Of a stretch of 64,000 nt of DNA, positions 9,968 to 18,218 are shown in pieces. The notes beneath the pieces were generated by a model. The model was not told the DNA's origin, did no database searches, and worked only from the letters and a program-made list of their open reading frames with translations. Every line of letters starts with the position of its first letter. The first letter of the stretch is position 1. Origin of the DNA: Frankiaceae bacterium (GTDB lineage: Bacteria; Actinomycetota; Actinomycetes; Mycobacteriales; SCTD01); contig JAENVS010000011.1 in assembly GCA_016650445.1 (NCBI GenBank), positions 177,099 through 241,098 of the forward strand, given 5' to 3'. Both the position numbers and the translations under genes were made by a program.

Positions 9968-10171
9968 TTGGTCGCGCTGGTCGGCGAGGCGCTGGGTGAG
10001 GCCGTCGCGCTGCAGGCGACCGGGGAGTGGTCGCGGGTGAAGGCGTGCGCGCTCGAGTCGTGCCGGTGGGTCTTCTTCGACGAGTCGCGCAACCGCTCCG
10101 GCCGCTGGTGCAGCATGCAGGTCTGCGGCAACCGCGCGAAAACGGCTGCCTACCGCGCCCGCCACCGCTGA
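9968..10171 (+). pseudogene. CGNR zinc-finger gene, 3' fragment (ABATE domain missing)
   Basis: RVKACALESCRWVFFDESRNRSGRWCSMQVCGNRAK; normal N-terminal ~120 aa absent. Confidence 0.7.
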
Positions 10172-10182
10172 GGAGCGTGTCC

Positions 10183-10593
10183 ATGGATCTCGACGAGGCC
10201 CGCGAGTTCGTGCGCGGGAACAGCAACGCCGTGCTCAGCACGCTGCGCAAGGACGGCACGCCGCAGCTGTCGCCCCTCAACGTCGCCGTCGATCGCGAAG
10301 GCCGGTTCGTCATCAGCAGCCGGGAGACGGCGTACAAGGTGAAGAACCTGCGCCGCGAACCCCGGGCGTGGCTGTGCGTGCTGAACGACGGCTTCTACGG
10401 GCGCTGGGTGTCGATCGAGGGCGAGGTCGACATCCAGTCGCTACCGGACGCGATGGAGCCGCTCGTCGACTACTACCGGACGCTGTCCGGGGAGCATCCC
10501 GACTGGGACGACTATCGCGCCGCCATGGTCCGGGACCAGCGCTGCCTCATCCGCATCGCTGCGACGCGCGCCGGCCCGGACCGCGAGGGGTGA
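10183..10593 (+). CDS. PPOX-class F420-dependent oxidoreductase
   Basis: AVLSTLRKDGTPQLSP, KVKNLRREPR, GEHPDWDDYRAAM; GAGGAG RBS. Confidence 0.9.
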   Translation: MDLDEAREFVRGNSNAVLSTLRKDGTPQLSPLNVAVDREGRFVISSRETAYKVKNLRREPRAWLCVLNDGFYGRWVSIEGEVDIQSLPDAMEPLVDYYRTLSGEHPDWDDYRAAMVRDQRCLIRIAATRAGPDREG

Positions 10594-10597
10594 ACCC

Positions 10598-11398
10598 CTA
10601 GTTGTCGCCGCGCAGGTAGCTGAGCAGCCGCAGGATCTCGATGTACAGCCAGACCAGCGTCACGACGAGGCCGAAGGCCGCGAGCCAGCCGTAGCGCTCC
10701 GGCATGCCGGCATCGGCGCCCTTCTGGATGAAGTCGAAGTCGAGCACGAGGTTCAGCGACGCGAGCCCGATCGCGAAGGCGCAGATGCCGATGCTCAGGA
10801 GGCCGCCGTCGAACAGGCCGAGGCCGCCGTCGGTGAAGAAGCCCGCCACGAGGTTGACCATGAGGAGCAGGAAGTAGCCGAGGGTCGCGCCGATCACCAT
10901 CTTGGTGAACTGCGGCGTGACGCGGATCTTGCCGCTGCGGTAGAGCGCGAGCATCACCGCGGCGACACCGAGCGTGCCGATGATGGCCTGCACGACGATC
11001 CCGTTGTACGCCGTCTCGAACAGCTTGCTGATACCGCCGAGGAAGACGCCCTCGACGGCGGCGTAACTGAGGATCACGGCCGGGTTGGTGATCTGCTTGA
11101 ACGAGATCACCAGCCCGAGGACGAGGCCGATGAGGACCGCCGGCAGCGCGAGGAACTCGAGGTTGAGGTACCAGGTCAGGCCACCGGTCGCGACCAGCGT
11201 CGCGAGCATGATCGCGGTGCGGACGGTCACGTCCTCGACGGTCATCCGGCCGGTGTCACGGGAGGTCGCGGTCGGGCCGAAGTAGCCGGCCTCGAGCGGG
11301 TCAGTCGTCTGCGGCCCTGGTCCGAACCCGACGGTCTTGTTGGCACCGGCGAACGCCGGGATGCGGGTCAGCGCTGGGTTGTTGCTGGTGGCGCGCAA
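10598..11398 (-). CDS. Bax inhibitor-1/YccA family membrane protein
   Basis: TTG start after GAAGGAG; RMTVEDV, YAAVEGVFLG, LVLDFDFI, AFGLVVTLVWLYIEILRLLSY. Confidence 0.9.
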   Translation of the reverse strand: MRATSNNPALTRIPAFAGANKTVGFGPGPQTTDPLEAGYFGPTATSRDTGRMTVEDVTVRTAIMLATLVATGGLTWYLNLEFLALPAVLIGLVLGLVISFKQITNPAVILSYAAVEGVFLGGISKLFETAYNGIVVQAIIGTLGVAAVMLALYRSGKIRVTPQFTKMVIGATLGYFLLLMVNLVAGFFTDGGLGLFDGGLLSIGICAFAIGLASLNLVLDFDFIQKGADAGMPERYGWLAAFGLVVTLVWLYIEILRLLSYLRGDN

Positions 11399-11469
11399 CG
11401 TCGCTCCTTCGTGGCAGGCCCGGCCGATCCGGTCCTCTGCAGGCCTCAACGTACGGGAAACGGCCTTTG

Positions 11470-11544
11470 TGCCCCCGGCGGGACTCGAACCCGCACTGGC
11501 ATGCGGTTTAAGCGCACGGCTTCTGCCAATTGAGCGACGGGGGC
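11470..11544 (-). tRNA. tRNA-Leu(TAA), short variable arm
   Basis: GCCCCCG acceptor stem, anticodon arm GTGCG-CTTAAAC-CGCAT, T-arm GCGGG-TTCGAGT-CCCGC, discriminator A; CCA not encoded. Confidence 0.85.
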
Positions 11545-11550
11545 GGCGGG

Positions 11551-12315
11551 TCAGGCTACGCGTGGCTGCGGCAGGATCCCCGCCAAGCGGCGGCTCGCAT
11601 GAGATCGCAGATTTTCCGAGTAGGGGGCCTCGGCCTCCCTCAACCCATGCGGCCGTCCAACGTTGCGCCCGCGGTACGTCGCCGTCTGGGCATGGCAGTT
11701 CGGGCACAGCAGACGCAGGTTTTCGATCTCATTGTTCGTCCGGTCGCCGTCGATGTGGTCAAGCTCGAGTGGGATCGGCTGCCCGTTCCACTCGCTTAGC
11801 CCACAACAATCGCAGCGGTGATCGAACACCCCCTCCCGCAACAGGCGTTGCCGAAGATAGTTCGTCTGCACCAGCGAGCCCCGACGCAGCAGATCCTGCA
11901 AGGCCGTACGAGGCGGCAAAGTGAGGCCACGGCTCCATCCGCGTGGGATGAGGTGCTGTGTTTCGATGCCGGCGGCCTCGATGGCCTCATTGAGCGCCCG
12001 GTACAAGCCCGGACGAGCCTGGTACCCCAGCGATCTAAGTATCTCCGCTTTCGTTGTCGAGCTAGCGACTGCCTTCGCCAGATCAATCTCACACGCAGCA
12101 AAGGGCGCGACGCGCAGTCGGCGAGGCAGAAAGCGCTCGGGTATCCCACCCAGGTCGGCCAGTCGCTTTCGGATGGACTCGTAGTTGCCGCCGTACGCGG
12201 CGATGCCCAAAGACTGAAGGAGCTCGCGCATGTTCTTGGCCTCGAGGGCGGCAGCCAGGAGCTCCTCGTCTGTCACCTTGCTGGGCCTTCGGTACGGGCT
12301 GGCGCTGTCTGACAT
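11551..12315 (-). CDS. HNH endonuclease with two N-terminal helical repeats
   Basis: CDCCG...LELDHIDGDRTNNEIENLRLLCPNCHAQT; repeats ELLAAALEAKNMRELLQSLG / DLAKAVASSTTKAEILRSLG; visibly more A/T-rich codons than neighbours. Confidence 0.9.
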   Translation of the reverse strand: MSDSASPYRRPSKVTDEELLAAALEAKNMRELLQSLGIAAYGGNYESIRKRLADLGGIPERFLPRRLRVAPFAACEIDLAKAVASSTTKAEILRSLGYQARPGLYRALNEAIEAAGIETQHLIPRGWSRGLTLPPRTALQDLLRRGSLVQTNYLRQRLLREGVFDHRCDCCGLSEWNGQPIPLELDHIDGDRTNNEIENLRLLCPNCHAQTATYRGRNVGRPHGLREAEAPYSENLRSHASRRLAGILPQPRVA

Positions 12316-12344
12316 GCCGCAATTCTTGCCGCGAGGTACGACAG
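12316..12344 (-). promoter_or_regulatory. RecA-NDp/PafBC-like promoter, leaderless HNH transcript
   Basis: TGTCGT-N10-AAGAAT-N6-ATG versus consensus TGTCGG-N10-TANNNT. Confidence 0.45.
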
Positions 12345-12347
12345 TTC

Positions 12348-12848
12348 TCAGAGGTAGCGCTTGCGCGGGAAGAGGGCGTGGGCGCCGGCGACGCGGTCGA
12401 GGAAGAGCAGTCCCTGCACGTGGTCCAGCTCGTGCTGGAAGGCACGCGCCTCGAAGGCGTTCGCCTCGATCCGCCGCTCCTCGCCGGTGCCGGGGACGAG
12501 ACCGACGACCGTGATCGAGGTGGCCCGGCCGACGTCGCCGGTCAGGTCAGGCACCGACAGGCAGCCCTCCCGGCGTACCTCTCGTCCCTCGCTCGAGACC
12601 AGGACCGGTGAGCACAGCACCACGAGCCCGGCGCACGACTCCACCCGGCGGGCACCGGTCACGTCGAGGACGAACAGCGAGACCGCGTGGCCGACCTGCG
12701 GCGCCGCGATCCCCACGCAGCCCGGTGAGGCGTGCATCAGCACGACCATGGCGTCGGCGAGCTCGACCACCGCCGGGTCGCACGGATCCGCGGGCGCGCA
12801 CACCGTGGACAGGACCGGGTCCGGCGCGTGCCGGACGTCGAGCTCCAC
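12348..12848 (-). CDS. def: peptide deformylase
   Basis: GCVGIAAPQVG, EGCLS, QHELDH motifs. Confidence 0.92.
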   Translation of the reverse strand: MELDVRHAPDPVLSTVCAPADPCDPAVVELADAMVVLMHASPGCVGIAAPQVGHAVSLFVLDVTGARRVESCAGLVVLCSPVLVSSEGREVRREGCLSVPDLTGDVGRATSITVVGLVPGTGEERRIEANAFEARAFQHELDHVQGLLFLDRVAGAHALFPRKRYL

Positions 12849-13346
12849 CTAGAGGACGTCCTCGTCGGCGGGCAGGACGTGCAGCGAGACGCCGAGCCGC
12901 TCGCCGAGGTCGCCGAGCTGCGGCTCGGTCGCGGCATCCACCTCGAGCGTCATCACGTAGAGGTCGCCGACCAGCCGGCAGGACAGGTCGGTGATGTTGG
13001 CTCCGGTCGAGGCGAGCTCACGCGCCACCCCGGCGACGAGGCCGGGCCGATCCGCGCCGTGCAGCGTGACCCGCCAGGGGCGGCCGCCCTCCGGCGGTGG
13101 CGCGTCGTCGTCGACCGGCCAGACCGACACGTGCAGCCCGGTCGAGGCGGCAACCGGCTCGAGTGCCTGCTCGACCTCGGCCTGCCCGGCGCTGACCGAG
13201 GCCACGAGGGTCATCGCGAAGTGGCCGCGAAGCCTGGTCATCGATGCGTCCTCGAGGTTGGCGCCAAGCCCGGCGAGCGCCTCGGCGAGCGCGGCCACCT
13301 CACCGGGCCCGTCCGGGCCGACAGCGGTCACCGCGTAGGTCGTCAT
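12849..13346 (-). CDS. tandem ACT-domain protein (GcvR-like)
   Basis: AVTAVGPDGPG and VTLHGADRPGLVA...GANITDL ACT repeats; start set at ATG 13346. Confidence 0.85.
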   Translation of the reverse strand: MTTYAVTAVGPDGPGEVAALAEALAGLGANLEDASMTRLRGHFAMTLVASVSAGQAEVEQALEPVAASTGLHVSVWPVDDDAPPPEGGRPWRVTLHGADRPGLVAGVARELASTGANITDLSCRLVGDLYVMTLEVDAATEPQLGDLGERLGVSLHVLPADEDVL

Positions 13347-13411
13347 GGCGGTCAGCGTGTCACTACCCCGCGTCCGAGGCGCTGAGTTGATCATCCGCGA
13401 GACTTCTGCCC

Positions 13412-14641
13412 GTGACATCGGGGGAAAACCGGGCGACCTACCGCGAAGCACTCGCCGTACCGGAGTTCCGCGCGATCTTCGTGTCGCAGGGGCTCAGCCT
13501 GGTCGGCGATCACGTCGCGCGCATTGCCATCGCCCTGCTCGTCTACGCCCGCACCGGCTCGGCGTTCGCGGCGTCAGCGACGTACGGCTGCTCGTTCCTG
13601 ACCTGGCTCGTCGGCGGACCGGTGCTCTCCGCGCTGGCCGACCGCCACCGCCGGCGCCACATCATGATCGTGACCGACCTCGCCCGGTTTGCGCTCGTGG
13701 CCCTCCTGCTGGTGCCCGAACCGCCGCTCTGGCTCGTGTTCGCCGTGCTGGTCGCGGTGGGCCTGCTGGCCCCGCCGTTCGAGAGCGCGCGCAGCGCCCT
13801 CCTCCCGGATATCGTCACCGGCGAGCTGTACGTCGCAGGCAACTCGCTGATCAACACGACGATCCAAGGGGCCCAGGTCGCCGGGTTCTTCATCGGCGGC
13901 CTGCTCGTCTCGCTGATCTCCGTGCGCGGCGCCCTCGCCCTCGATGCCGCGACCTTCCTCGTCTCGGCGGCCGTCCTGCGCCTGGCCATCGCGGAGCGGC
14001 CCGTGGTGGAGCGTGAGCGCACGAGCCTGATCGGGGACGTCGTCGCTGGGGTCCACTTCGTGCGCGCCGACCCGTACCTGCGGGGGCTGCTGGCCTACGG
14101 CGTGCTGGCCGCCGTCGTCGCGATCGTGCCGGAGGGCCTGGCGGTGGCCGTCGCGGGCGACGACGGCAACGGGGCTCGGACGGCCGGCATCCTGACCGCG
14201 ACGATCCCGCTGGGCTACGTCGTGGCCAGCGCAGTGATCCTTCGTTGGTCGGCCGAGCAGCGGGCTCGCCAGATGCTGCCGCTCACGCTGGTGCTCTGCC
14301 TCCCCCTGCTGCTGACCCCGCTCGTGAGCGGGACCGCCCTGACAGCCGTCCTGTGGCTCGTCGCCGGCGCGGGGACGGCCGTCCAGCTGATCGCGAGCGT
14401 CGCCTACGTGGCCGGGACCGCGCCGGAGTTCCGGGGTCGCGCCTTCGGCCTGGCGGGCACCGCCCTGATGCTGTCGCAGGGGGTGGCCCTCCTGCTGGCG
14501 GGCGCCCTCGCGGACCTGATCGGGCCCCGCAGCGTCGTCGCCGTCGCGGCCGGGCTGGGCCTGCTCGCCCTGGTGGCGATGAGAAGCACGCTTGCGGGTG
14601 CTCAAGGAAATGCCCAGGTACGTCGACGATCGACCGGATGA
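13412..14641 (+). CDS. MFS transporter (efflux/DHA3-like)
   Basis: About 12 hydrophobic segments, LADRHRRRHIMIVTDLAR motif A, EFRGRAFG; stop overlaps next ATG (ATGA). Confidence 0.92.
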   Translation: MTSGENRATYREALAVPEFRAIFVSQGLSLVGDHVARIAIALLVYARTGSAFAASATYGCSFLTWLVGGPVLSALADRHRRRHIMIVTDLARFALVALLLVPEPPLWLVFAVLVAVGLLAPPFESARSALLPDIVTGELYVAGNSLINTTIQGAQVAGFFIGGLLVSLISVRGALALDAATFLVSAAVLRLAIAERPVVERERTSLIGDVVAGVHFVRADPYLRGLLAYGVLAAVVAIVPEGLAVAVAGDDGNGARTAGILTATIPLGYVVASAVILRWSAEQRARQMLPLTLVLCLPLLLTPLVSGTALTAVLWLVAGAGTAVQLIASVAYVAGTAPEFRGRAFGLAGTALMLSQGVALLLAGALADLIGPRSVVAVAAGLGLLALVAMRSTLAGAQGNAQVRRRSTG

Positions 14642-17073
14642 CCGGGGACACGAAGGCACGCAGCGCGACGGCTCGACACGCCGCCGCGCTCGTTTTCTGC
14701 GTGTCCCTGCTCGCGCTCGGGTCCTGGGCCGCGCTGTCCAGCAGCCCCGCGCCGATCACCGCCGCGTTCTCGCTGCCGTGGTGGGTCCTGATCCCGGTGT
14801 ACGCCGTCACGCAGCACTACCCGGTCGACTTCGAGAACCGCCGCGGCACGTACAGCCTGCACCTGACCCAGCTCCCGCTGACGTTCGGGATCGTGCTGGT
14901 CGCGCCGGCGTACCACCTGCTCGCGCGCCTCGTGGGCGTCGCCCTTGACTGCGTCGTGCTGCGCCGCCAGGCGCCGCTGAAGGTCTGCTTCAACCTCGGC
15001 AGCGCGGCGATCGACGTCGGTATCGCCGCCACGGCTGTCGCGCTCATCGGCCACAGCGACCGTCCCGGGCCCTCTCTGTGGGTCGCGCTGCTCGTCAGCG
15101 TCATCGTGACCGAGGTCATCGGGGCGGTCTCGCTGGCGGGTGTCTGGCGACTGATCGGCGTCCCGCTGCAGTCACGGCAGATGTTCGAGCCGCTGGGCTT
15201 CGCCGTCATCGCCAGCGCGACCTTCACCGGCCTGGCCATCGTGGCGGTGTCGGCGATGTACACCGACCGGGCCAGCGTCGCCATCATCGCCGTCCTCGGC
15301 GGTGCCCTTGCTCTGGCCTACCGCGGGCATCGGCGTCTGTTCGCACAGCAGCGGACGACCGAGAAGCTGTACGAGTTCGTCAAGGACCTCGGTCCGGTCT
15401 CGTTCGACTCCGACCGGCTCCCCCCTCTGCTCGACGAGGTGCGGGTCCTTCTCCACGCCCGCCACCTCGACCTGGCCGTACCGAACGACAGCGACGGCTG
15501 GACGCATCACCTGTCCTCCGACGACGACACGAACACCACGGCCGGCGCGGACGCCGACGAGCTGGCTGAGGCCGTCGCCCGGGCCGGCGCCGCTCTCAAG
15601 AGCAGCCCGGGTGACTTCGACCGGATGTCGACGCCGCTCATCGGCGCGCGCAAGCTGGTGGGCATCCTGACTGTGACCGACCGGCTCGGTGACATCCGTC
15701 GCTTCGACATGGGCGACATGCGGCTGCTCGAGACGATCGCGACGGAGCTGACGACGTCGTTCGAGCGCGGCAAGCTGCTGCGCGACCTCGAGCGGTCGGC
15801 CACCACTGACTCGCTGACGGGGTTGGCGAACCTGTCCGAGGTGACCCGCCAGATCAACGCGGCCCTCGACGACGTCGACCTGCTTGTCGCCGCAGTGGCG
15901 GTCGAGTCGTTCCGCGAAGTCAACGACACCCTCGGCCACCAGGTCGGCGACAACCTCCTGCTCGACGTCACCGGCCGGCTACGACGTGCCTGCCCGGACG
16001 CGGTCATCGGTCGCATCGGCGGCGGCCGGTTCGCCGTCGCCGTCCCGGCCAAGTCGGTGGGCTACGACCCGGAGATGTTCGGTCTCGGGATCCGCGCGCA
16101 GGTCGAGGGCACCACGCATCTCGGCGGTGTCGGCACCCACATCCGCCTGTCGGTCGGCGTCGTGCGCGCCCCCGAGCACGGCGCAGAGGCCGCGACACTG
16201 CTCCGGCGTGCCGAGACGGCCATGCACAGCGCGCGCAACGCGCACGGCGGTCCCGTGGTGTGGGAGCCGGCGTACGAAGTCCAGGGCCAGCGGCGGCTCG
16301 CCGTCGTCAGCGCACTTCGCGAGGCGCTGTCGACCGGCGCCATCGGCGTCGCCTTCCAGCCGAAGGTCGACAGCCGCAACGCGGCTCCCGTCGGGGTCGA
16401 GGCACTTGCCCGCTGGACCCACCCCGCACTGGGCGCGATCGGACCGGACGAGTTCATCCCGCTCGCCGAGGCATCCGGATTGATGGGGCTGCTCACCAGC
16501 ACCGTGCTCCGCCAGGCGCTCACCGCCTGCAAGGGCTGGCAGCGCCGGAGCCCGGGCGTCGGCGTCGCCGTCAACGTCAGCGCGACCACCCTGCTCGACG
16601 CCGCGTTCGTGACGCAGGTGGCCGCGATCCTCACCGCGTCGGGAGTCGACCCGGGCCTGCTCACCCTCGAGCTGACCGAAGGCGTCGTGATGGCCGACCC
16701 CGAGCTGGCCTCGGAGCGGATGGGCGAGCTGCGCGCCCTCGGCGTGAAGATCTCCGTCGACGACTTCGGCACGGGGTACTCGTCACTGACCTACCTCAAG
16801 GGCCTGCCGGTCGACGAGGTGAAGATCGACCGCGGGTTCGTGAACGGGCTGGTGCGCGAGCCGGCGGATCGGGCCGTCGTCCGCGCTGTCGTCGACATCG
16901 CGCACACGCTGGGGATCCGCGTCGTCGCGGAGGGTGTCGAGAACGAGGCGCAGCGCCAGGTCCTGCACGACCTCGCCGTCGACGAGCTGCAGGGCTACCT
17001 CTACGCCCGGCCGATGCCGTCGATGGAGATCAACCAGTGGCTCCGCCACAGTGAGCGGTCCGTCCGCCACTAG
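14638..17073 (+). CDS. membrane-bound GAF-GGDEF(degenerate)-EAL c-di-GMP phosphodiesterase
   Basis: Multi-TM N-terminus, GAF-like region, DSLTGLAN..VNDTLGHQVGD with GGGRF in place of GGDEF, intact EALARW, ELTE, DDFGTGYSS, KID, AEGVE, QGY. Confidence 0.92.
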   Translation: MTGDTKARSATARHAAALVFCVSLLALGSWAALSSSPAPITAAFSLPWWVLIPVYAVTQHYPVDFENRRGTYSLHLTQLPLTFGIVLVAPAYHLLARLVGVALDCVVLRRQAPLKVCFNLGSAAIDVGIAATAVALIGHSDRPGPSLWVALLVSVIVTEVIGAVSLAGVWRLIGVPLQSRQMFEPLGFAVIASATFTGLAIVAVSAMYTDRASVAIIAVLGGALALAYRGHRRLFAQQRTTEKLYEFVKDLGPVSFDSDRLPPLLDEVRVLLHARHLDLAVPNDSDGWTHHLSSDDDTNTTAGADADELAEAVARAGAALKSSPGDFDRMSTPLIGARKLVGILTVTDRLGDIRRFDMGDMRLLETIATELTTSFERGKLLRDLERSATTDSLTGLANLSEVTRQINAALDDVDLLVAAVAVESFREVNDTLGHQVGDNLLLDVTGRLRRACPDAVIGRIGGGRFAVAVPAKSVGYDPEMFGLGIRAQVEGTTHLGGVGTHIRLSVGVVRAPEHGAEAATLLRRAETAMHSARNAHGGPVVWEPAYEVQGQRRLAVVSALREALSTGAIGVAFQPKVDSRNAAPVGVEALARWTHPALGAIGPDEFIPLAEASGLMGLLTSTVLRQALTACKGWQRRSPGVGVAVNVSATTLLDAAFVTQVAAILTASGVDPGLLTLELTEGVVMADPELASERMGELRALGVKISVDDFGTGYSSLTYLKGLPVDEVKIDRGFVNGLVREPADRAVVRAVVDIAHTLGIRVVAEGVENEAQRQVLHDLAVDELQGYLYARPMPSMEINQWLRHSERSVRH

Positions 17074-17098
17074 CTCGGCGAACTGCTCCGAACATAGT

Positions 17099-17146
17099 TC
17101 CAGGGGCTGGGAATGGGTGTAGCACCACCCACTCCCAGCCCCTGGA
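17099..17146 (-). terminator. 21-bp stem-loop between converging EAL gene and micro-ORF
   Basis: TCCAGGGGCTGGGAGTGGGTG-GTGCTA-CACCCATTCCCAGCCCCTGGA on minus strand; the single mismatch is a G.U pair only in the minus-strand RNA. Confidence 0.75.
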
Positions 17147-17181
17147 CAGGACTGGGTCGATCGCACGCAGCGATCGAAGTC

Positions 17182-17205
17182 TTAGTTCCAGCCAGCTGCG
17201 CGCAT
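17182..17205 (-). CDS. 7-aa micropeptide MRAAGWN (putative signalling peptide)
   Basis: GGAGG (17213-17217) 7 nt upstream of ATG CGC GCA GCT GGC TGG AAC TAA; TACTCT -10 candidate at 17260-17265; hairpins downstream. Confidence 0.6.
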   Translation of the reverse strand: MRAAGWN

Positions 17206-17422
17206 CGCATTGCCTCCGTTCGGCCTTACCGGACTGAGCCATCCGGCCTAGTGCTACGCAGAGTAGAGAGAGTTTCCAGAGTTGCGCTAGGGAATGGTGA
17301 GAAAAAATAACGGACATGTCGCCCAATTGCCGCAGTTCGAGAGACATTTTGTAGGCCAGATGGCCCTACAGGTCCGCGCCGAGGCAGCCGATGCGAGCAA
17401 TCGGCGAGATGTCCGCCTCCGG

Positions 17423-18208
17423 TCAGGCCAGGGCTGCGACCCGTTTCGCCCGGTTGATGACGTCGTCGAGCATCGCCTCGGTCAGCCGGCCGGTGAAGGT
17501 GTTCTGCTGGCTGACGTGGTAGCAGCCGATCACGGTCGGCCCGCCCTCGACGTTGACCTCCCGGCCGTGCCCGAAGGCGGGGACCCGGCGAGGCACCGCG
17601 GCACCCGTCGCCCGCAGGGCCGTCCACGTCGACGCCCAGCCGAAGCCCCCGAGAACTACGAGCGCACGAACGTACGGCCGCATCAGTGCCAGCTCACGGT
17701 GCAGCCACGGTGCACACGCATCGCGTTCCTGCGTCGTGGGCCGGTTCGCCGGCGGCGCGCACCGGACCGGGAGCGTGATGCGGGTGCCGACGAGCCGCTG
17801 ACCGTCGTACGCCGAGGTCGACGTCGGCTGCGTCGCCAGGCCCGCGCGGTGCAGCGCCGCGAACAGCCAGTCGCCACTGCGGTCACCGGTGAAGATCCGA
17901 CCCGTGCGGTTGCCGCCATGCGCCGCCGGAGCGAGTCCGACCACGACGATCCGCGCCGTGGAATCGCCCCATCCGGTGATCGGCCGACCCCAGTACTCCT
18001 GGTCTGCGAATGCGGCCCGCCTTGTCGCCGCGACCTCCTCGCGCCACGCGACCAGGCGCGGACAGGCTCGGCACACCGACGACCGCGCATCGACGTCCTG
18101 CAGCGTGTCGGCCGACCCGGCGAGGTGCTGCACGTCGGCGGCGTGCCGGGCCACCGGAGTGGCTGACGTCGCGTGGTCGGTCGGGAAACCGGAGCCCGGT
18201 GGGATCAC
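17423..18208 (-). CDS. udgB: uracil-DNA glycosylase family 5
   Basis: CRACPRL, GLAPAAHGGNRTGRIFTGDRSG, RCAPPANRP, YHVSQQNT. Confidence 0.92.
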   Translation of the reverse strand: MIPPGSGFPTDHATSATPVARHAADVQHLAGSADTLQDVDARSSVCRACPRLVAWREEVAATRRAAFADQEYWGRPITGWGDSTARIVVVGLAPAAHGGNRTGRIFTGDRSGDWLFAALHRAGLATQPTSTSAYDGQRLVGTRITLPVRCAPPANRPTTQERDACAPWLHRELALMRPYVRALVVLGGFGWASTWTALRATGAAVPRRVPAFGHGREVNVEGGPTVIGCYHVSQQNTFTGRLTEAMLDDVINRAKRVAALA

Positions 18209-18218
18209 GGCGTGGCGG

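Noticed and set aside
17070-17210. Alternative 46-aa minus ORF (MRCAQLAGTK...) from the ATG at 17210
   Set aside because: Only 2 nt from GGAGG and runs through both hairpins; the ATG at 17205 has optimal spacing
17030-17347. 105-aa minus ORF in the track
   Set aside because: No RBS, atypical codons, crosses the terminator and overlaps the EAL gene end
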